Positions 7,406 through 16,400 of a stretch of DNA of 32,000 nt are shown piece after piece. Numbering within the stretch: the stretch's first letter is position 1; every line of letters starts with the position of its first letter. The notes beneath the pieces were generated by a model that did not search any database, had not been told where the DNA came from, and saw only the letters and a list, made by a program, of their open reading frames with translations. This DNA is from Candidatus Saccharimonadota bacterium. Its GTDB lineage: Bacteria > Patescibacteriota > Patescibacteriia > 2-12-FULL-60-25. The DNA is taken from the NCBI GenBank assembly GCA_022843095.1, contig JALHOH010000001.1, forward strand, positions 540,001 to 572,000, in the 5' to 3' direction. Made by a program: the position numbers and the translations under genes.

Positions 7406-10400
7406 ATGTTGCGCGCACTCCAACGTTTTTTTCGGACCGGTCTTGTGACCGTGGTCCTTGCGACCCTGGTGGCAAGTCCGCTCACGGTCGCGGCACAAGC
7501 ATCGCAAACCGGTGCCCCCATCAACCTACCGGCAACGGGGGCGGGATTTCCGGTGGTGCTCGTTGGAGGCGATCTGCATCGACTTGCGGAAAATGCCTAT
7601 GGATCCGTTTGGACCAACATCACGCGCGCGGTGTTGGTGGCATTTTTTAACGGAGCCCAGTTGTTTTTTGGACAATTAGCCTACGATGCCGCGAATGCGA
7701 TTGCGACGGCCGGAACGGGGCAGCAGCCGGTGTTTTACAAAAAAGGGTTCGATAATTATATCCGCGATGTGGCGGCGGATGCGGCGGGTGATTTCATGGG
7801 GTCGCTTTCGAATGAGCAGTTTTTCCGCACCCTAGGATTCAATCTTTGTCGTCCTTCGACAGGTGATCGTGGCCTGCTTCGGATTCAGATGTCTCTCGGG
7901 AACTTCTTCCCGGGACTGCAGGGGCGTTTTGAACGGCCACGGCCGCGTTGTGAATGGCAGCAGGTGGTTTCAAATTGGAATACGTTTGGAACGACGCTCT
8001 CACAGACCGACGTTTTTAAGGCGGTTGATTTTAGCTTTAATCCGAACGCAAACGACATTGGAATTGCGACCGGGATTTTTAACTTTAGCGCCGCTTCCGT
8101 TCAGGAGAAATTGACGGCGCAGCTGCTACAGCGTCAGGAAGGTCGTGGGATTCGCTCGGTTTCGAACATCATTACCGGGGATATTCGTACGCCGGCAGAT
8201 CTGGTTCGTGAATCGACTGCAGAATCCGTAATTCGTCAGCCAAATGCGACGCAGCGAGAACTGGTGGGAGCGGTTTTCACAACCGGGATGCAACAGGGGG
8301 CGCTTCAGTTGTTGCAATACACGGCGTCCATGTTTGTGAATACGCTTGCAAGCAAGCTCATGCGGCGTGTGTTTGAGACGGGGGTAGCAGGGAATATCGA
8401 TCTTCCACGTTCTGTTGCGTCACCGGATGTGATCACAACGGCTGGGAAAACAGATGTGCGCAATGCGAACATCGATTTGCGGACCCCGAATTTGTTCCGT
8501 GTTGCGACCTTTGATGCCATGGCGGACTTGGTGGCCTGTCCAGAAAATTCACGCGGCACCTGGAACTGTGTCATGGATCAATCCCTTGCACAGGCGCTTC
8601 AGAAACAGGGAGAGCAAGGCGCGATGACCATTCGAGAGGCGATGGAGCGGAATTATTTGCACGGGGACTGGCGCCTGATTCCATCAACAAAGGTGCGTGA
8701 AAACACCGATCCGTTGTGCCACACCTATGCGTACTGTGCGGGGAACCTGGCGAAGCTTCGCATGCTCCGCGTGTTGCCGGTGGGGTTGGAATTTGCAGCG
8801 AATAGCCCAGAAAACATCTCGCGATGTGCGAGTGCGCAAGGGTGTGTGACGTTGCGTGAAGTGGTGCAGGGGTTCCAAGACTGTGAAAATGGTGCTCGCT
8901 CGGCTTCAAAGCAATGGTGTCATTTAGTGGATCCGAACTGGGTGATCACGCTTCCGCAACAGCAATGCGCCATGAAGGGTTATAGCGATGTGTTGCTTAC
9001 ATCCCAGCTTGGGCAGCGCAAAGAAGAATGTTCGGACGTTCAAACGTGCTTGAAGCGCAATGATCGTGGGGAGTGTGTTGGAGGGTACGGCTATTGTGTG
9101 GCGGAAAAAACGGTCTATCGGTTTGGAGCAGATGAATGTCCGGCGCAATTTAATTCCTGCCGTCAGTACAAGTCGCGTTCAGGTGCGACGGTGGGCTATT
9201 TGCGAACAACGTTGGATTTTGGTCAGTGTTCTGCAGAAAACGCCGGGTGTATGTGGTATGCGACAGAGCGCGTCGCGACGACGGCGGGTGCGTGGGTTGG
9301 TACGACGACCACAGGGCCTCGTGTGTATCTTGATAAGACGATGGAATCTTGCTCCGCGCAGGATGATGGGTGTACGCAGGTACGCCGCGTGGCGATTGGG
9401 GAGCCGGCGTTGAATTTGGTGCCGAATAGTTCGTTTGAGAATCTCACGACGGATACTCCAGCGCAGCAGAGCGCGTGGCGCTGGTCTGCCGGTGGTGTGG
9501 ACGTGACGCGCGCCTATCGCGAACCGGTGGTCGCATCCGGACCGACGTTTGTGCATGGGACCAAGGCGCAGGAACTGACCACGGAATCAGAGGTCGCGTA
9601 TCAATTGTTGCGTGTCGGAGGCGAGCGAGTGTACACGTTGTCTGCGTATATTCGTGCAAAAAATGCGGCGCGCACGGCGACCTTCCGGGCGGTGTTGAAT
9701 GAGCATGAAGACGTGAGTGGGACAGATGCCATTCGTCGGGATGACGGTGGTCCGATGGGGCGCTTGTACCGCAGTCCGGGTTGTACAGTCTCTGCCGTGG
9801 ATCGAACGGCGCGAATTGGCGTGGATAACGGAACGGGCGCATATGATTCCTGGACGCGTGTTCAGTGTTCGTTCTTGACGACGAGCTCTACGCGCGCCGG
9901 GACGTTGTCGTTGCTTGGACGGGATATGTTGGTTGATGCGGTTGAGTTGGAAGAATCTGAATTCCCAACGGAATACGTAGAATCGATGGCAGAAGATTTG
10001 GCCGTCACGCACATCAAGCTTCCACCGGAAGAATTGCGTTGCACGGGCGCCGCAGGGGAACCCGGGGCGTGTGCGAATTTTGCGCGCGTGTGTCGCCAGG
10101 CGGATGCGGGGTGTGATCAGTACACGGATCGCGAAACCACAGAGCAGGTAAATGCGGTTGCCACCACCAACGACCTGTGTCCGGCGACCTGTGCTGGGTA
10201 TGCTGAATATCGCAAAATGGCCTCCTCATTTGACCTAGTTCGCGATTTGGATGGCCGATTTGATGATCCGGAAGATGCTTCCAGCACCTTCATGATTCCG
10301 AGTCGTGGGGAATTGTGCCGCGCCGAAGAGGTGGGATGTGAAGAATTTACGAATGTCGAATCCGCGGGGACCGGGGGCGAGCAAAAAGCGTACTTTACCT

Positions 10401-13400
10401 ACACACGCTCGTGCCGGAAGCCGGGACCAGATGCTACCACCTACTTCACGTGGGAAGGATCGGATGTCGCGGGCTACCAGCTGCGCAGTTATTCCTTGGT
10501 GCGTGCCGACGCGGGGACGGCGCCAAGAATCGTGATCAAGCGTCAGCCGGGAGACCTCTACTACAAAGAGCCGACCGAATGTAATGCGCGTTCGTGGGCG
10601 CGACAGGATGACCCGGATTGTCGCCAATTCTACGATGCGAATGGAACGACGTATTACCGCTATTTGTCCCAGACCGTTTTGTCGACGCCTGCGTGTCAGA
10701 CGTTCCGTTTGGCGATCACGAACCGTGCAGACTGTGAGAAGACGGACGGACAGTACAATGCCGGTGCAAATGAATGTTTGTACCAGGTGTTTGTGCCGGA
10801 ATCGCAGTCCTGTCGTGCGCAGGCGGCCGGATGTCGTGCCTATGCGGGTGCGCGTGCGGGGAATGCGCAATCGTTGTTGTCGCAGACCTTCCGCTCAGCC
10901 ACGGGGACGTTCGTGGGAGGTCGCCTTTCAAACGAATCGTTAATTTTCGGAGATCAATCGCTTCGGGTTGATGTTGCGGCGGGACGCGAAGCAGAAGCGG
11001 CGGTGCCGGTGCTTGGCACGAACGAAAATGAGCTGTACCAGGTGACGTTCTACGCCAAGGCGGTGAATCCGGCGACCGTCGAAGTGCGTGCGGTGAATCG
11101 CGATGGCGGATCGGAAAATAATCTTATCAACACCGTTTCACTGAGCCCTGACTGGCAGCGATTTACGGTCGGTCCGTTTAAGGGGATCATGGGTGAAGCA
11201 ACCACGACCCTTGCGTTCCGGGTGACGTCGCGACCTGCGGGTCAGGTGGTGTTCTTGGATGAAGTCAATGTCGTCGGGTTGCAGGACGTCGTCTACGCGT
11301 TAGAAGACAGCTGGACGGTGCCTGCCGAATGTAATCGGACGCAGTCTGGTGCCGAATTGCCGCAAGCCATGCTTGGGTGCCGGGCGTACACGAATCGCAA
11401 CAACCAAGAGGTTCATCTGAAGTCGTTCTCTCGGTTGTGCCGCGCGAACGCGGTTGGCTGTACGGCCTTCATTGATACGCGTAACTCTGCTTCGCCGTAC
11501 GCGCAGTCCTTTACTCGTGGAGATTCCCCGGCCGGATCGTTGGGGTATCCGACGGCGACCACCACGCGTTTGGGTGATCGGTATGTGTACGTGATTGATG
11601 ATCCAGCAAAGCGCTGCCGCGCCGAAAACGCGAGCTGCCGTGCCTTTGGGAAGCCGGTGTTTACGGCAGACCGTCAGAATATCCAGGACTTCCAAACCGT
11701 GTATTTGAAGGATGACATCACGAAATATGAAGCGGGATTGTGTAAGCCATCTGAGTTGTTCTGTGAAGAGTTTGAGGCAAAGGGAGGGAAGGAATACTTC
11801 CGTGATCCGCAGAATCATGCCTGTGAATATCGAACGGACGTCCAAAACGTCCCTGGATTCGCTGCGTCCACCAAGTATTCCGGGTGGTTCGTGAAGGGGA
11901 CTCCGGCAACGCCGTGCTATCCGAACCTCTTGGTGGGGGGCGGATCGTTCAACGTGGCATTGCGTGGTGACCGTGATTACGCGGGTTGGGGGGCAACGTG
12001 TGGTCAGCAATATGCGGAATGTACCGAATTCCGCGACACGAATGACAAGGATCGCTTGTATCCGTCCGGTCGTCCGTATTACTTCTTGAAGAACGAGAAG
12101 ATGGACACGCAGTCATGTAATGGACAGGTGGATCCGGCAAAGGGCTGTATCCTGATGCGCGACACCACGAATCAAACGGTGAATTACAGCACGCAGGCGT
12201 CGTATAAGAAATTCGAGAGTGCAGGTTCGAATAACCCGGTTTCGCCGATGAACTGCTCAGGCGGCGGTGAAGGGTGTCCGACGACGCGTGTGTGTCGTGG
12301 AACGATTACGTCTTTTGCGGCATATAACCAAACGCGTGGATTCGGAATTGGTGCACCGACCGTGTCCTCGAACCAGACATATGGATCCTGTACGAGCGAT
12401 GCGGACTGTGTCGCAACGGAGGTCACGAATTGCGCGGTGGTCGGAGCGGCGGAATTTGGTGCAAATCCTGGAGAAACGGTGTGTCGCACCTGGCGTCGGA
12501 CGAACGGAACCTGTCAGGCTCCCGTGCCGTTTAACGATGCGAACTTGATTGTGAAGGCGAAGATCGATCGTGATTGTGCGCAGTGGCTTGGGTGTTCGAC
12601 GGCAGAAACGGTGCTGGATCCGGCGACAAACCGCTACACGGACATCTGTACAAACCTCGCGCTTTGCGATGAAACCAGTAAGTCAGAAAATGATATCTTC
12701 TGTGCCCACTATGTCGATCGTTCGTCTACGACGACCGAACCGATCATGACGCGTGGTGCTTTCTTCGACATCAACCGATACGTCGGTCGTCAGGTAGGCC
12801 TTGGGCAAAAGGATTACACGGGTTACGCCATCCCGAACGCGTTCCAGGTGCCGGATTTTCAGACGCGACGTGTCGGAGTGGAGGCGAGTTCAGAGGATCG
12901 TGAGGCGGAATATAAGTACCGTCTAGCCTTGGATTATCGCTTGGTTGCGGCCGTCCCGATTCGAAACGCCAAGACGAATCTTGCCGCGGGTGCCGTTGAA
13001 GGACGATTGGTGTACGAAAGTCGTCGGAATCCAGGTCCGGATGAAGCGGTCATCATCCGCCGTGACGCAGCAGGAGACCTTGGCCGACGCTATCCGTTGC
13101 TAGACCTCTGTCGTCATGTCGCGACCGGTCGAGTGGGGTACTTTAACGCGAAGGATATCGATCCAGTATTGAGCAAGGATATCAATTGTTACTTGCCCGT
13201 TCGGGATACCAAGTCTTCGCCGACGGCCGTGGATAACTTGGATTTCCAGAACCTCTATCAGAAGTTCGCATTGGAAAATCCGAATGCGGATCGTGAGTTG
13301 ATGCGTGGGTACCCGGGAGCGGAATGTCGCGCGAATCCGGAATCTGATTCCCCGTTCCAGGCATCGTTTGTCACGGGATGGAATGATTCGGTTGTTCCTC

Positions 13401-16400
13401 CAAAGGCGACGGGTAAACAGCGTGGATACCAGGCGGCGAATACCTGTGAAAAAGGAGAAGACTGTTCCTGTACGTATAAGCGCGTTGAATACTTGGGAGC
13501 GGTGACAAGTAAGTTCTACAACTCGTTGTCCGAAAACATCCCACCAGGGTTGTGTCAGGGGGGACCGCGGGATGGGCAGATCTGTTTGCCGGAATCGGTA
13601 TACCGCGCTCCGTCCGCGGCAGATGCGTCGACGCCAGAAGGACAGGCGCGTGCAGCTGCGATTGCAGAGGCAAATGCAAAATACACCTGTGGCCCGTTAG
13701 AGGGGGGCGGCCGTTGCGTCCCATTTAGCCGTGTGACGTTGGTCCGCGGGATCTTTGGGCAGTGTCTGGAGCGGGACGTCACACGTTCACTTGGCGATGA
13801 CCAGGGGAATTATCCATGTCTGACGTGGAATCCAACGCCGATCCTGTTCGGTGACAAGGATAACTTCCACTATGATCCGCGCACCGGATATCAGCCGCCG
13901 CAGAACTCAGGACAGTACTATTGTTTGTCGCAAACGCGCGCCCCGTCATCGATTCGGTTGAACAATACGCACTTCCATGCGACGCCGTATGCGGGGGCGA
14001 TCAGCAAGTTGGATTACAGCGAAGATTACGTGCGCGGCAATGACATCTGTAGTTTGGTGTTGAACACCTGTACCCAAAACAAGCCTGGGTCGTACTTGGA
14101 CGACTCATCGCGCCGGCCGGAAGATACACCAAACTTCAATGATTGTAAGGAAGCGGCTGGGTTCCAGCGGTATCAGTCAACAAAGGAAGATGCGTCCGCG
14201 CTGCGTCTCATCAACACGGGACGGTACTCGGACAAGTCGTACACCGAAACATTCTTCAAGATTAATCCGCAGCGGTTTACAGATTTGCTTCAGGCGGGTG
14301 CAGCCGTGGGTTCTGAGCGTCAGGACTTGGCGACGCGTGATACGACTATCAGTTACCTCAAGATTTCCGCGATGGGAAATCCGAACGGAACGGGACGCCT
14401 TGCCTGTGGATACCAGTCAGATTGGGTGGATGGTATCGAATCTCCGGACTACGGAAATGAAGAGCAGTTGAAGGCGGCCGAACGGCAGTGGCGTGAAAAG
14501 TTTGAGCAGGAGTTCAAGGGGATCATCGCGCGCGGCACGGAGAAATTCTTGGCCACCAGCGATGGAAATGGCGCGCCGTTCCTCTTGAACTGTGTCGATA
14601 CGGCAGACGCGGGAGTCAGTACAAGTCGTGATCAGAAGTGTTTCTTCAAGACGTGGGAGGTGGGGTACCGAGCACAGTCGCAACGCGCGTTCATCGCTCC
14701 ATACGAGATCAACTCAAGCGGTGAGATCAATCGAGAGTCGATCCTGAATACGTCGACGCCGGCCGAAGATGATGACTTCACCTTCGAACGTCTGCGCGCG
14801 GAGCCGTACTACGCCTCGTGTGATGCGGATAAGCCATACTTCTCGATTCGTGCCGTGTTCCAGGCAAAGGCGAAAAAGAATGCGGGTGGCAATTGGATCA
14901 CCCCGACGAACACGAATGCGATCGAGACCCCATGGAACTTGGTTGGGTTCTGGGTGACGACCTGTGGAGGGAAGGCGAATGACTATCGGTGGATGTATGT
15001 CCATGTGGATGTGAATGCCGCGGATACCTGTCGTGAACTCGCCGAGGTCCGCAGCAAGGATTCCCGCGACAATGCCGCATTTACGGATCGTGTGTGGAAA
15101 GAATCTGGATTCGTAGTGCCAGAACTTGGGATCCAATACGGTGAGCGGTATGCGCCATTCTCGAGCGCGTTGAACGTCAAACCGGCCGGAAAAGATCCGT
15201 TGTTCATGACCGGAGGAGAATACGTGTCGCTCTCATCACAGGATGCGTCATTCATCGGATCTGGATACCGCACCTTCTTTAACCAGAAGGGGGCCGGCGT
15301 CCCGCCACGTGATCAATGGGCAAACCTGTCGAACCTGTTCGCACGTATTTACCGGGTGTATCAGTTCAACGAACAGCCGATCACAGCATCGGATAAGATC
15401 TGTGTGAATCAGGGAAGGTTGGCTGGGAAAAAGTGCGATACGAATACGCAGTGCCAAATTCAGGGTCAGTGTCAGCAGTCGGCGATCACCGAGACAGAAC
15501 GCAAGTCGCTGAAATTCTGTAACGCGCTTTCGGGGATCAACGCCGGGCTTCCGTGTAATGCGACAAGCGATCAAAACGACTTGTGTCACCAGGCGCCGCT
15601 TGCCCGCGACAGCGCTTCTGGTGACTATCAGCCGCTGCGTGAAGCCTGCAAGGTGAATCTGGCCGCCGGGTGGTCGAAGGCGGGAAATGGCTATACGAAT
15701 GCGCGGTTAACCGGAGAAGATGCGCGTCGCACCTTTGAAACGCGCGATGCCGCCTCCAGAGGAGCGTTCGTATGTGACAGCGGTTCGTTGCGCGCCGGTC
15801 AGCCGTGTAGCGCCGAAGCGACGGAAAGCACGCAATGTCCGACAAAGGTGACCGGGAAATGCGTGAAGCCGAATGTGTATTGTCTGAATTCATTACGTGG
15901 AGGGAGTAAGTACACAGGAAGTGTGACGTTCGAACAAGGGCGTTGCTCCATCACGGGATCATCAAAGGCGATCGCCGCGTTGAAGGCAGAACGCCAGCCG
16001 GATCTGATCCCCGTTCCGTCCGAAGTGTCTGCAAGACTTGGTATCAGATGCGCGGCAGGGGAAACGCCGTATTACTCCTTCGATGATCTGACGCTCAGCG
16101 TGTGGCAAAATGGGAGCGAAATCCAGTATCGCCAGCAGCACAACTTGGTCGGAGCAGAGCACGCGGGATGTTTCCAGGATACGGATTGCAACTTTGACGA
16201 ATGGAACATGTGGAGCACGGAAAACGTGCCGTACCTGAAGAGAAATACTGGTGCGTCGGAACGGAGCGCGGCGAATGATCGGTTCTATACCGAAGATGTG
16301 GGTGGGTATCTTTGGGGGCCAATTTACTCTGTTCGGTCAGCGGTTAACCGTGAGCGTACAGAGCTACCAGGACAGCCATCAGCACTCCGAACATGTCTTG

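Noticed and set aside
11516-11524. RGD tripeptide in the giant protein (FTRGDSPAG)
   Set aside because: A single tripeptide is expected by chance in a 3818-aa protein, and no supporting integrin-ligand context is present.
11300-12010. 236-aa - strand ORF inside the giant gene
   Set aside because: It is a shadow ORF with Arg-rich composition that lies entirely within the uninterrupted + strand coding frame.
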